Part shown: positions 1-10,359 of the stretch, one piece after another
Position numbering within the stretch: position 1 is the stretch's first letter
How the letters are laid out: each line of letters starts with the position of its first letter
NCBI GenBank assembly: GCA_963710305.1
Contig: CAVPZV010000012.1
Span: forward strand, 7,870-71,869
Direction of reading: 5' to 3'
DNA from: an uncultured Solirubrobacterales bacterium
GTDB lineage: Bacteria > Actinomycetota > Thermoleophilia > Solirubrobacterales > Solirubrobacteraceae
Length of the DNA stretch: 64,000 nucleotides
Program-made: the position numbers and the translations under genes
The notes under the pieces: model-generated
What the model was told of the DNA's origin: nothing
The model's database searches: none
The model's input: the letters and a program-made list of their open reading frames with translations, nothing else

Positions 1-883
1 ATCCGCGGCGCTGGGCGATGGAGCCGCGCGGCAAGGGGCAGGGGGTAATCTTCGGGCCTGAGGTGCACTGCTACAAGTGCCCGATCCGGCATACGTATCC
101 GGGCTGCGGCATCGCGTGCGCGGATTACATCGAGCACATGATCCGCAATGAGAGCGATGTCGCGGCGGTGCTCGTCGAGCCGATCGTCGGCACGAATGGC
201 GTGATCGTTCCGCCGCAGGAGTACATGCCCAAGCTGCGCCGCATCTGCGACGAGAACGGCGTGCTGCTGATTGCGGATGAGGTGATGAGCGGATGGGGGC
301 GTGCGGGCGCGTGGTTTGCCATGGACCTATGGGGCGTGACGCCGGACATCCTGACGACCGCGAAGGGGATAACGTCAGCGTATGTTCCGCTGGGGCTGTG
401 TGCGACCAGCGAGAAGATCGGCGATTACTTCCAGGACCACTACTTCGCGCACGGTCATACGTATGAGGCGCATCCGATGACGCTGCTGCCGGCGGTAGCG
501 ACCATCAACGAGATGAAGCGGCTGAAGCTGGTGGAGCGGGCGAAGGAGCTGGAGCCGTTTGTCGAGCAGAAGCTCGAGGCGCTGAAAGCGAAGCATCCGA
601 GCGTCGGTGATGTGCGCGGCAAGGGGCTGTTCTGGGCTGTCGACCTGGTGAAGGACCGCGAGACCAAGGAGCCGTTCAACACCTACGCGGACAAGGTCAG
701 CGGCAAGCCACTGCTGGTCGACCAGATTGCGGCAAAGATGCTGCCGATGGCGTCATGATTCAGGCCTGGGTGAGCCACTTCGTCATCGCGCCGCCGCTGA
801 TCGTGACGCGTGAGCAGCTCGAAGAGGGCATTGCGGCTCTCGATAGGCATCTTTCGATTGCGGATGAGCAGTGCTCCCGTTAG
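1..883 (+). CDS. Class III (PLP-dependent) aminotransferase, 5' partial, one frameshift near 745
   Basis: Motifs VLVEPIVGTNG, LLIADEVMSGWGR, PDILTTAKG, HGHTY and DVRGKGL. After the indel the frame continues DGVMIQAWVSHFVIAPPL...EQCSR to TAG at 881-883. Confidence 0.9.
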
Positions 884-1928
884 CGTGCTGCAAGCTGAAC
901 TGAACCGTCGGGTGTCGCCGTGAACGTCTCGGTATACAGGCTGTCGTTCTTGATGTCGCGGTAGTCAATGGTGAGCTTCGTGCCGGAGAACGTGAGGTTG
1001 GCAAAGCCGTTCCATCCGGCCGTGTCGCCGTGGCCAATCGGGTAATCCGTGCGCGCGTCGTGAAACCGCAGGGGAACATCGTTGTGGATGGGCTTGGTCG
1101 TTTCAACAGGCATTCCGCCGTGCCCCACGCAGCGGCCAAAGCAGCGAATATTGCCGTCGGACGAATAGAGGTCGTAAACCGCCAGCCGGTGCTCGTGTCC
1201 CCATAGCCAGACGATGTCCTGGCCGCGAAAGAACTCCGCAAGCTGTTCCGCCGGCCGCGGAAACATTTCGTCCGGAAACGCGCAGTAGTACTGGTGATGC
1301 GATAGCAGGATTGTTGCCTTGCGGCGATCGTGCGGCCGAACATTGACGCGCAGCCACTCCAGCTCTGCGGGCTCGAGCCTGCCATCCCCGCCGATGGCCT
1401 TGATCGAGCGTAATCCCGGCACTGAGCCGAGGATCGGAACACCGGCAGAGTTATAACCGGTGTCGAGCCCGATGACGCGCCAATGGTCCGACTCGAGACA
1501 AAAGAAACTCGCGCGCTGCCGCTGACCCGGCGCCGGGCTGCCGAAGGGCAGGATGCTGTGTAGTAGGGACGTCCTCCGCCATAGAGTTCGTGATTGCCCG
1601 GCATCGTAAGCGTGCCCTGCGCGCCCCGCGGAAACTGCACCGGCGTCTGTCCTGTGCGCTGGATGCCCAGAAAGTTTTCGTCAACCTCGACCTGGTCGCC
1701 TATGTAGTAGACGTCGCCAAGATGGATCGGGTAGTCCGGATGAAAGGTGGAAATATTCTCGGCGATGCGCGCTGATTCTTCTGTACCGGTTCCCCAGTCT
1801 CCGGCAATCGAGATACGGATCGGATCACTGCCTCTCGCGGAGCGGAGCGGATAAACCCCATCATGTCCATCCGGCTCGTAGGTCGGGAACGGCTTATAGC
1901 GCCCCGTAAAAACGCCGCGAATGTATTT
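880..1928 (-). CDS. Calcineurin-like metallophosphoesterase, N-terminus missing, frameshift near 1560
   Basis: Motifs AGDWGTG, HLGDVYY, PGNHE, GLDTG, LLSHHQ and WLWGHEH, read across ORF 783..2621 (middle part) and ORF 880..1422. Confidence 0.85.
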
Positions 1929-2770
1929 GCGCCCGAGCGGCGGCTCGTGGGATACCAGGAGGCCGGCCATCAGGCCGCGGATCTCGTCGCCCGTGAGTAC
2001 GACGTCACGAACGAGGAGACCGAGGGCGCGGGCCGCGGCCGCCATCACGGGCGGCGGTATGCGCAGGATCGGCGAGTTCGCGTCGACGGCGGCGCGGACG
2101 AGCGCAACGAGGTCGCGGAACGGCATCGTCTCGGGTCCGGCTGCGTCGATCACGATGTCGCCCGTCGCGTTGCCGGCATCGGTGCAGATCCGGGCGAGAT
2201 CCTGGACGTGCACCGGCTGGACGGGGTAGGCGCCGTCGCCGGGCAGCGCGAACGCCGGCATTCGACGCAGGATCCAAGCGATGTTGTTGGCGAGCACGTC
2301 GCGCTCACCGCCGAAGATCCAGGTTGGCCTCACGATCGAGTACGGCACGCCGGACTGGGCGAGCGCGTATTCGACGAGCGCCTTGCCGCGGAAGTAGGGA
2401 AGCGGGGATTCCAGCGACGGGTTGGTGATGCTGAGGTGCACGATCCGCTGGACTCCGGCACGTTTGGCGGCGAAGAACAGCATCCGGGAGCGCTCGATCG
2501 CGTTCGCGAAGCTCGTCTTCCCGTGATCGAAGCGGACCCAGAAGGTGTTGTAGAGCGTGGTCACCCCCTCCAGGCTGCGAGCGAGCGCCGCCGGGTCGTC
2601 GAACCGGTACTCGACGTGCATCGACGCTGGCTTGCAACGGGTGTGGACGGTCGGGGTGGTAGGTCAGCGTCCGCACCGCGCGTCCGGAATCGAGCAGCCG
2701 CTCGGCGATCTGCGCTCCGGAGTAGCTGAACGCTCCGGTCACGAGATCGGTGGGTGTGGTTCTGGCTCAT
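1929..2770 (-). CDS. NAD-dependent epimerase/dehydratase (atypical SDR), frameshifted and apparently C-terminally truncated
   Basis: VTGAFSYSG Rossmann motif, RIVHLSITNP, PYFRGK, SIVRPT, QPVHVQDLA and DAAGPET. The sequence runs straight into the phosphoesterase after EPPLGR. Confidence 0.85.
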
Positions 2771-3424
2771 GGCGAGTCCTCCTGGATCGGGGGCAGGAAG
2801 GTTTCGACGAGCGCCGCGAGGCGGGTCGCGAGGTCGAGCAGGGACTCGGCGCGGGCGCGGTCACGCTGCATGTGGCTGAGCATGTCGACACCGAAGTAGA
2901 GCGAGACGATCCCGAACGCCAGATCGGCGGGAGACGCCAGGGCGCCGCAGCGGTGAGCCGGCGAGCAGCTCCTCGAGTTTGCGCTCGACCATCACGATCC
3001 ACGGCTCGATCCGCGCCGCCACCTCTGCGCCGAGGAGCGGATCGGAGACCCCGCCGCTGACCATCTCTCCGAGCGCCGTGATGTACCCGCGCTCCAGGTC
3101 CTCGTCATAGATGGCCCGGGCGAGCCGCCCGAGCTCCGACGCCGTCCGGGCCGGCTCGAACGCCGGCCCGTAATCCGCCAACCGCCGCTCGCTGATCAGG
3201 TCAAGCGCCGCGAGCAGCGCGTTCTGGACACTGCCGAAGTGGTAGAAGATCAGCGCCTGGTTGAAGCCGCCCATGTGAGCGATCGCCCGCGCGCTCGCCC
3301 CGGCAAACCCATTCGCCTTGAGCGTCTCAAGCGCCGCTTCGGCGATCTGCAGCTTCGTTCCGCTCAGTCCGGCCGCACCACCCGGCGGGTCTACTTCGTC
3401 CGCTTCGTTTGCGCGCCGCTCCAC
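2767..3424 (-). CDS. TetR/AcrR family transcriptional regulator (frameshift near 2945)
   Basis: HTH AALETLKANGFAGASARAIAHMGGFNQALIFYHFGS. The corrected stop overlaps the epimerase ATG (ATGA). Confidence 0.9.
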
Positions 3425-3509
3425 GCCAGTATTTTAGCACTCGCTCAAAGCGACTGCTCAAAATGCGACGGTCACGCCGCGCCGAGAAGACGGCCGCGCG
3501 GCCGCGGAA

Positions 3510-4397
3510 TTGGTATGCCTGTCGTGCATGATGCGCGAGGACACAGCCGCTGATTGGGCGGCGGATCAGGTTGCACGCGTGCGGAACGATCCTGCGGCGC
3601 GTATAGCGCTCCTGGCCCGCACGTATCGCGGACCGCTCGGCCGGGCGCCCAGGCATCTGCGATTCAGACGAGCGGCGATGTCGTTCATGAGATGGCAGAT
3701 CGAGCGAGGGGTTCTCCGCCCGCTCGATGGGAACCCCCCGGGGAGTCCGTGGTGGCGAGCGGTCAACGATCGCCTCCTCTTAGATAGCTGTGAGGCCATG
3801 GCGCGGTCGGGCGGCCGGTTGGGCGAGCGCTCGTCGCGGACGATCGAGCTTTGGATGTCATTCATCACGAGGCCGACGGGTCGCAGCTGGTACCGCGCGC
3901 ACAACGCCAGCATCGTGTCCGCGTATCTCGAGAACCGCGATTTCGCTGAGTTGGAGTCGGAGCCCGAGCGGTTTTTTCTCAACGTCGCGCTGCTCCGGGT
4001 TCTCTACGCGCACGCGTTGAGCGCTGCGCCGCGTCTGGCGTTGGGTCGATTCGCGCCTCTGGGCCGAGTGCTCGGAGATCCGCGGCTCGGAATGGCCGGG
4101 GCGTTCCTGTCGCTGGGCCGTGTGCTTCCGAACGACTATCCGCTCCGGAACGATCTGGAGGTCTACCTCGCCGGCGAGCACGGTCTTGGGCGAACGCTGG
4201 ACTTCGGCGTGATCGGGCCGCGGCTCCAGGCGCTTTATGAGTGGTCGGCGGGAGAGCTCGGCCTTCCCGGTCTCCGTGGACTCGTCCGTGACGGCAGCCC
4301 CATCTACGCGTGGTCCTACGAGGACCGGCGGTTCTGGAAACAAGTGCCGGAATCGCTGCCCGTGCGCATACTCAGGGTCGCAACCGCGGCCCGCTGA
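3510..4397 (+). CDS. Hypothetical protein (start may be ATG 3528 or 3531)
   Basis: 295-aa ORF with GC-rich codon usage and protein-like motifs (GSPWWRAVN, WYRAHNASIV, ERFFLNVALLRVLYAH). Function not recognised. Confidence 0.7.
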   Translation: MVCLSCMMREDTAADWAADQVARVRNDPAARIALLARTYRGPLGRAPRHLRFRRAAMSFMRWQIERGVLRPLDGNPPGSPWWRAVNDRLLLDSCEAMARSGGRLGERSSRTIELWMSFITRPTGRSWYRAHNASIVSAYLENRDFAELESEPERFFLNVALLRVLYAHALSAAPRLALGRFAPLGRVLGDPRLGMAGAFLSLGRVLPNDYPLRNDLEVYLAGEHGLGRTLDFGVIGPRLQALYEWSAGELGLPGLRGLVRDGSPIYAWSYEDRRFWKQVPESLPVRILRVATAAR

Positions 4398-4433
4398 CCG
4401 GGACCCAGATGTGGCCCCGTAGGCCGTCGCTCT

Positions 4434-5405
4434 CTACTCATGCTTTCTCGCCGCAACGACGGACTCGACCAGCTGTCTGGCGGTCTCGCCGGCGGCGGCG
4501 AGGATCACCGACGTGTCGCTGCCCTGTCCCTGCCCCAGCACCACGCCGACCGCGGTCAGGTCGCGCCCGCCGACCGTCACGTGGGTGAAGAAGGCGAGGC
4601 ACCCCCCGGCCGCAGAGTCCGACCCGGTCTTGCCGGCGTAGCCCGCAGCGACCAGGGGGTTGTAGTTGGTGAGCGTGCCGGCGACCGGCAGCGTCACGCT
4701 GGGCATCGAGACGATCTGGCGGAAGACGGGGAAGCGCATCGCCTGCCGGAAGAGGCGCAGCTGGTCGGCGGCGGTCGAGACCGTGCTGGGATCAAACCCG
4801 CTGGGGTCGGTGTAGATCGTGTGGTCCATCCCGAGCGCGCGGGCCTCAGCGTTCATCTCGGCGATGAAGCGCGCCTCGCTCCCCGCCACCCGGGTGGCGA
4901 GCATCCGGGCGATGTTGTTGCCGGACGGGATAAGCAGCGCCTCGAGCAGCTGGCGCTCGCTCAGCTGCTCGCCGGCCCGCACCGCCACGACCGACTGGCC
5001 CTGGGCATCTGCCTGCGACTGGTCCTCGGCGACGGTGATCGTGAACCCGTCCTGCGCGCCGCTCAGCGGGTACTGCTTGAGGGTCAGGTAGGCCGTCATC
5101 ACCTTCGCCAGGCTGGCGATCGGGGCCGGCTGCTCGTCCGGGCTCGCCGTCGGCAGGCCGTTGCTCAGCACCAACGCCGCCTGTCCGCGCGGCGGCCACG
5201 TGACCGACGACAGGTCGGCGCCGTACTTGTCGCCCCGCACGTGGCGGGCCGCCGCCGGGCGCGATCGTGAGCTGCCAGCGAACGCCGCGTGCGCGAGGAG
5301 AAGGACGAGCGCCGCGCCAAGTAGCGCCCCGCGGCAGCGCCGGCCGCACACGGTCGATCGGGAACGGCGTGCCGCAGTCCGTCGTCGTTGTCGCCTGGAG
5401 CTCAC
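4434..5405 (-). CDS. Serine-type D-Ala-D-Ala carboxypeptidase (peptidase S11), exported or membrane-anchored
   Basis: SxxK (ASLAK), SxN (SGN) and KTG motifs, plus an N-terminal hydrophobic stretch. GTG start at 5405 is inferred. Confidence 0.9.
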   Translation of the reverse strand: MSSRRQRRRTAARRSRSTVCGRRCRGALLGAALVLLLAHAAFAGSSRSRPAAARHVRGDKYGADLSSVTWPPRGQAALVLSNGLPTASPDEQPAPIASLAKVMTAYLTLKQYPLSGAQDGFTITVAEDQSQADAQGQSVVAVRAGEQLSERQLLEALLIPSGNNIARMLATRVAGSEARFIAEMNAEARALGMDHTIYTDPSGFDPSTVSTAADQLRLFRQAMRFPVFRQIVSMPSVTLPVAGTLTNYNPLVAAGYAGKTGSDSAAGGCLAFFTHVTVGGRDLTAVGVVLGQGQGSDTSVILAAAGETARQLVESVVAARKHE

Positions 5406-5439
5406 GCCGCCATTCAAGGCAGCGTGGCGTTGCCGGCAC

Positions 5440-5457
5440 GTATCGGTTTTTCGATAC
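5440..5457. promoter_or_regulatory. Palindrome GTATCG-N6-CGATAC in the divergent carboxypeptidase/vanR intergenic region, candidate operator
   Basis: The inverted repeat is seen directly; its role is inferred from position. Confidence 0.45.
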
Positions 5458-5492
5458 GCCGACGATATGTTCCGGCTGGCAGCATCAAGGGC

Positions 5493-6188
5493 ATGCGCGT
5501 GCTGATCGTCGAGGACGAGCCCTACATGGCAGAGGCCATCCGCGATGGGCTGCGGCTGGAAGCGATCGCGGCCGACATCGCCGGTGACGGCGACCGCGCC
5601 CTGGAACTGCTCGGCGTCAGCGCCTACGACATCGCCGTCCTCGACCGCGACATCCCCGGGCCCTCCGGTGACGAGATCGCCAAACGCATCGTCGCCTCGG
5701 GCAGCGGCACGCCGATCCTCATGCTCACCGCCGCCGACCGGCTCGACGACAAGGCCTCCGGGTTCGAGCTCGGCGCCGACGACTATCTCACCAAACCGTT
5801 CGAACTCCGAGAACTCGTTCTCCGCCTCAGGGCGCTCGATCGCAGACGCGCCCACAACCGGCCACCAGTTCGAGAGATCGCCGGGCTGCGGCTGGACCCG
5901 TTCCGCCGCGAGGTCTACCGCGACGGCAACTACATCGCGCTCACCCGCAAGCAATTCGCAGTGCTCGAAGTCCTCGTCGCTGCCGAAGGCGGCGTAGTCA
6001 GCGCCGAAGAGCTCTTAGAGCGAGCCTGGGACGGGAACGCAGACCCGTTCACCAACGCTGTCCGCATCACCGTCTCGGCACTGCGCAAACGCCTCGGCGA
6101 ACCCTGGATCATCGCCACCGTGGCTGGCGTCGGCTACCGCATCGATCCAGAAGCTGACGTCGCGCCCGAAGGAGGGGACCGTGGATAG
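5493..6188 (+). CDS. vanR: VanR-type response regulator (actinobacterial VanR/VanRO family)
   Basis: MRVLIVEDEPYMAEAIRDGLRLEAIAADIAGDG...DRDIPGPSGDE...ADPFTNAVRITVSALRKRLGEP closely resembles Streptomyces/Rhodococcus VanR. Confidence 0.88.
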   Translation: MRVLIVEDEPYMAEAIRDGLRLEAIAADIAGDGDRALELLGVSAYDIAVLDRDIPGPSGDEIAKRIVASGSGTPILMLTAADRLDDKASGFELGADDYLTKPFELRELVLRLRALDRRRAHNRPPVREIAGLRLDPFRREVYRDGNYIALTRKQFAVLEVLVAAEGGVVSAEELLERAWDGNADPFTNAVRITVSALRKRLGEPWIIATVAGVGYRIDPEADVAPEGGDRG

Positions 6189-7260
6189 GACTCCGGGTCT
6201 CAGCGCCCGCCTCAAGCTGACGCTGAGCTATGCCGGCTTCCTGATGATCGCGGGGGCACTGCTGCTCGCCGCCCTGGGGGTGTACCTCGAGCGTGGGCAT
6301 CACGTCGGGCTCATCCTCCAGCCGAGCTACGAGAACGCCGTGCTGCGCCAGTTCGGGACGATCGCAGCCGTCGTGATGGCGTTCCTGCTCGTGTTCGGAC
6401 TCGTGGGAGGGTGGTTACTCGCCGGAAGGATGCTCGCGCCCCTGGACCGCATCACCGACGCCACCCGCATCGCCGCAAACGGGTCGCTGTCACACCGAAT
6501 CCGGCTACCGGGTCGTACAGACGAGTTCCGTGAACTCGCCGACGCCTTCGACACCATGCTCGCGCGGCTCGAGGCGCAGGTCGCCGAGCAACAGCGCTTC
6601 GCCGCCAACGCCTCCCACGAACTACGCACTCCGCTAGCGGTCACGCAGACACTTCTCGAGGTCGCCCGCAACGATCCGAACCGCAACAACAGCGAACTTG
6701 TCGACCGCCTCCACTTCGTCAATGCCCGAGCCATCGACCTCACCGAAGCATTGCTCCTGCTCACCCGCGCGGACCAGCGGTCCTTCGTCCGAGAACACGT
6801 CGACCTGTCTCTCATCGCGGAAGAAGCCACTGAAACGCTTCTTCCGCTCGCCGAACAGCGCGGCGTCACCATCGAGACCTCAGGCGAAATGACTCCCACG
6901 ATCGGATCACCCGCGCTCCTGCAGCAGATGGCTACGAACCTGATGCACAACGCGATCGTCCACAACCTGCCTGAACAGGGCGCCGTGTGCATCATGACCA
7001 GTGTTCGGCCAGAGAGCGTGGTGTTCACGGTGGAGAACACCGGCGAGAAGCTCGCCCCACAGTTGGTTTCCACCCTGGACGAGCCATTTCAGCGCGGCAG
7101 CAAGCGAATACGGACCGACCAGGCAGGCGTCGGACTCGGCCTGACGATCGTCAAGAGCATCATCCATGCACACGACGGCGCCCTGACCCTCGCCCCCCGG
7201 GCCGCTGGCGGGCTCTGCGTCACGGTGCACCTACCCGCGGCACCCCACACTGGCAGCTGA
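6181..7260 (+). CDS. vanS: VanS-type sensor histidine kinase
   Basis: Two TM segments, HAMP, H-box FAANASHELRTPL, N-box NLMHNAIVHN and G-box GVGLGL. Overlaps the vanR stop. Confidence 0.88.
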   Translation: MDRTPGLSARLKLTLSYAGFLMIAGALLLAALGVYLERGHHVGLILQPSYENAVLRQFGTIAAVVMAFLLVFGLVGGWLLAGRMLAPLDRITDATRIAANGSLSHRIRLPGRTDEFRELADAFDTMLARLEAQVAEQQRFAANASHELRTPLAVTQTLLEVARNDPNRNNSELVDRLHFVNARAIDLTEALLLLTRADQRSFVREHVDLSLIAEEATETLLPLAEQRGVTIETSGEMTPTIGSPALLQQMATNLMHNAIVHNLPEQGAVCIMTSVRPESVVFTVENTGEKLAPQLVSTLDEPFQRGSKRIRTDQAGVGLGLTIVKSIIHAHDGALTLAPRAAGGLCVTVHLPAAPHTGS

Positions 7261-7303
7261 CGATCGGCGGCATGGGGGGCGCATCTCGCCCATCCTCGGG
7301 CCC

Positions 7304-7894
7304 TCAGCCGGTAAAGGTCGGCGGCTTGCGCTTCGGTTTCGCCTTCGGGGGAGGGGCGCATCCGTGCTCTGCCGAGGAATGCATCTCGCCGGCGGCCTTC
7401 AGGATCGCAGCGCGGATCCGCGGGTAGGTCCCGCAGCGACATACGTTGCGGAACCTGTCGAGGTCCGCTTCGGTCACCTGCCGACCCTCGGAGTGGACGT
7501 CGTTGACCAGCCCGACCGCGTCCATGATCTGGCCTGGTTGACAGTAGCCGCATTGGGCCACGTCGTACTCGAGCCAAGCCTGCTGCATCGGATGGAGCGC
7601 CTTGCCGACGCTTCGGGCGAGGCCTTCGATCGTCACGACGTGATCGCAGTCGTTCAGCTGGCCGACCGGAACTCCGCACACCTGGCGAGCGTGGCCGTTG
7701 ATCAGGCAGGTGCAGGCTTTGCACACCATCAGCCCGCAGCCGTACTTGGGGCCGTTGACGTGCAGCAGATCTCGCAGCACCCACAGCAACCGCACATCCG
7801 CGGGACAGGTCACGTGGACCTGCTTGCCGTTGAGGATGAACGTGTGCGTCGGCGTCTGCTTGCGCTTGGGCTTGGGGTGTGCGCGCGTGGCCAT
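7304..7894 (-). CDS. 2Fe-2S subunit of an isoquinoline-1-oxidoreductase-type molybdoenzyme (IorA/CoxS family)
   Basis: GPKYGCGLMVCKACTC, QCGYCQPGQ and VCRCGTY. Confidence 0.92.
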   Translation of the reverse strand: MATRAHPKPKRKQTPTHTFILNGKQVHVTCPADVRLLWVLRDLLHVNGPKYGCGLMVCKACTCLINGHARQVCGVPVGQLNDCDHVVTIEGLARSVGKALHPMQQAWLEYDVAQCGYCQPGQIMDAVGLVNDVHSEGRQVTEADLDRFRNVCRCGTYPRIRAAILKAAGEMHSSAEHGCAPPPKAKPKRKPPTFTG

Positions 7895-7908
7895 CAGCTC
7901 GTCGGGGG

Positions 7909-10293
7909 TCAGCCCGCGCCCTTTACCGTCGGGCCGCTGCGGGTCAGCCCGTCGGTGGGGGACTGCGGGATCGGGGGAACCGTCGGCAGGACCTTGAAGT
8001 CAACGTCGAAGTGGTTGATCGGGAAGTAGGTGGGGAGCTTGCCGGTGGCTCGCGCATAGGCACAGGCGACGGCGGCCATCGACGTCGGGACGGCGAACTC
8101 GCCCGCCCCGCCCGGCGTGTCAGTGGTGGGCGGCATCACGATCACCTGGACCTCCGGCGGCGTGTTCCACTGCCGGGTGTAGTGGGCGTTGTCCCAGCTG
8201 CCCTCCAGGAAATGGCCGTCCTGCAGGTGGAGGCTGTAGCTCAGCGCCTGGCCGATCCCGTCCATGATCCCGCCCATCATCTGCGCCTCCAATCCGAGCG
8301 GGTTGATCGGCAGTCCCACATCGATCACGAACACCACCCGGGTGACGCGGGGTCCCGTGTAGGCGTCCTCGATCTTTCGATTCACGGTGGGCGGGCGACA
8401 ATCGATCTCGGCCACGCACGCGGCAAAGCCCTTGTACTCCCGGTGGACGGCGATCCCTTGGGCGGTGCCGGGTGGCATCGCCCGCCCCCAGCTCGCCGCG
8501 CTCGCCACCCGGTCCAGCACGGCCCCCATCCGAGCGTCGCGCGCGAACGCGCGACGGAAGCGGTAGGGATCCTGCCCCATCACGTTGGCCGTCTGGTCGA
8601 CCATCAGCTCCAGCGCGGTGCTGTAGTCGGAGCCGTACACGCTGCGTACGCTGGAGGTGTTGAACGCCCCCAGCTCGTAGATCTCATTCAGCTCCTGGGT
8701 GACCGGCCCGAAGTTGTAGGGGACGTTGGCCGTGAGGTTGAAGTAGCCCTGCGAGAAGCCCAGCGCCCCGGGCTCCGTGTGGCCGATCATCGAGGAGAAC
8801 ACGTCGCCGAACCCCTCGCCGATGTCGGTCACGACGCCGGTGTGGCGCTGATCGAGCGCCAGCACGTTCTGTCCGGCATAAGTGACCCGCACACGTGAGA
8901 TCGCCATCGGGTGCACCCGCCCCTGACGGAAGCTGTCGGTGCGATGCCACATCAGCTTCACGGGCTTGCCGATCGCCTTGGAGACCACCGCCGCCTCGAA
9001 CGCGGCGTCGGCGAACAGATGACGGCCGAACGAGCCGCCGCCCTGGGTCACGTGCACCGTCACCTTCTCCTGCGGCAGCCCGATCAGATTCGCGATCGTC
9101 TGCTTGGTCCAGATCGGCGTCTTCAGGCTCGACCAGATCTCCGCTCGGTCGGGGCGGACATCCGCGACCGCGCAGTTCGGTTCCAGCGGATCCCCCGGGC
9201 GGAAGTAGAAGGTGAACCGCTGATCCAGCGTCTGGCTGAGCGCGGGCAGCGTCTGGCCAAGCGTGGGCGGCGTCTGGCCAACCGCGGGCGCCATGGGCAG
9301 CTCGCTCGCCTGAAGCTCGCGGAGGACATCGGACTCGGAGACACCGTCCACCGGGCCCGGTCCCCAGTCGACCCGCAGCGCCCGCACCGCGTCGATGCAT
9401 TGACCGAACGTCTTGCCGCGTACGGCGACGCCGCCCGCGATGTACTGCGTATGAGGGATCACGACGACGTGGGTGATTCCGGGCATCGACTTGACCTGCG
9501 CCAGATTTCGCACGGCCCGAGCGGATCCGTTGATCGTCGGGGCCCGGCACAGCATCGTCGGCAACGCGTTCGGCACGTCCAGGTCCATGGCGAACACCTT
9601 GCGGCCGGTGACCGCCTCCAGCGCATCGGTCCGGCGCTGGGGTGTGCCCACCACCGTTGACCGAGGCTTCAGATGGGCCACGACCCGCGCGGTGCGCTCA
9701 CTCGCGGCAGCGCGGGTGAGTGAGCCGTATGACGCGCTGCGCCCGTCCGGGGCGTAGACGTGACCGTCTCGCACCGTCAGCCTGGGCAGCGGCACCTGCA
9801 GCGCCTTTGCCGCCGAACTCGTCAGCCGTCCCCGCGCGACCGCCGCCGCCACCCGCAGCGGGGCGTACAGCGAGTTCATCGAGTCAGAGCCCTGTGTCTG
9901 CTGGTTGAACAACAGCTCCGGCCGGGCATCGGCAAGCGTGACCTTGACCTTCTGCACCGAGATGTCCATCTCGTCGGCGATCACCATCGCCACCGCAGTG
10001 GTGATGCCCTGCCCGACCTCCGCACGCGGCAGCGCGAATGAGACGGTGCCGTCGTGATTGACGGCCACGGTGATCAGATTGGCCGTCGGCCGCGTTGAGT
10101 CTGTGAGCAGATCGGTGAGGTCGTAGAAGTCGACCGGCTGTGCGGTGGGCACCGCTGCATTTGCTCGCGGCGGAGCGGTCATGTCCGCGGCGGTGACCAG
10201 GATCGGCGCGGCGAGCACGTAGCCCAGGAAGCGACGACGGGAAATCCCGTCCGTGCCCTCCTCCCCTGCCGACCGGTAGGCACCTCCCATCAC
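7909..10293 (-). CDS. Molybdopterin-binding subunit (IorB family) with Tat signal
   Basis: SRRRFLG twin-arginine signal, PRAEVGQG, GGGSFGR, AQMMGG and PGGAGE. Confidence 0.92.
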   Translation of the reverse strand: MMGGAYRSAGEEGTDGISRRRFLGYVLAAPILVTAADMTAPPRANAAVPTAQPVDFYDLTDLLTDSTRPTANLITVAVNHDGTVSFALPRAEVGQGITTAVAMVIADEMDISVQKVKVTLADARPELLFNQQTQGSDSMNSLYAPLRVAAAVARGRLTSSAAKALQVPLPRLTVRDGHVYAPDGRSASYGSLTRAAASERTARVVAHLKPRSTVVGTPQRRTDALEAVTGRKVFAMDLDVPNALPTMLCRAPTINGSARAVRNLAQVKSMPGITHVVVIPHTQYIAGGVAVRGKTFGQCIDAVRALRVDWGPGPVDGVSESDVLRELQASELPMAPAVGQTPPTLGQTLPALSQTLDQRFTFYFRPGDPLEPNCAVADVRPDRAEIWSSLKTPIWTKQTIANLIGLPQEKVTVHVTQGGGSFGRHLFADAAFEAAVVSKAIGKPVKLMWHRTDSFRQGRVHPMAISRVRVTYAGQNVLALDQRHTGVVTDIGEGFGDVFSSMIGHTEPGALGFSQGYFNLTANVPYNFGPVTQELNEIYELGAFNTSSVRSVYGSDYSTALELMVDQTANVMGQDPYRFRRAFARDARMGAVLDRVASAASWGRAMPPGTAQGIAVHREYKGFAACVAEIDCRPPTVNRKIEDAYTGPRVTRVVFVIDVGLPINPLGLEAQMMGGIMDGIGQALSYSLHLQDGHFLEGSWDNAHYTRQWNTPPEVQVIVMPPTTDTPGGAGEFAVPTSMAAVACAYARATGKLPTYFPINHFDVDFKVLPTVPPIPQSPTDGLTRSGPTVKGAG
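9228..9290. repeat. 3 x 21-bp imperfect tandem repeat inside the IorB-like gene
   Basis: Units gcgtctggctgagcgcgggca / gcgtctggccaagcgtgggcg / gcgtctggccaaccgcgggcg, encoding PAVGQTP-PTLGQTL-PALSQTL. Confidence 0.85.
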
Positions 10294-10359
10294 GCCGAAT
10301 TCTAGACCCCCATCCCAGCCCGGCGCGTAGGTTCGAGTGCTCAGGCGACAGCGAGCTCC

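Noticed and set aside
3440-3465. gctcaaa direct repeat upstream of tetR
   Set aside because: Only 7 bp and probably a routine autoregulatory site; too weak to call.
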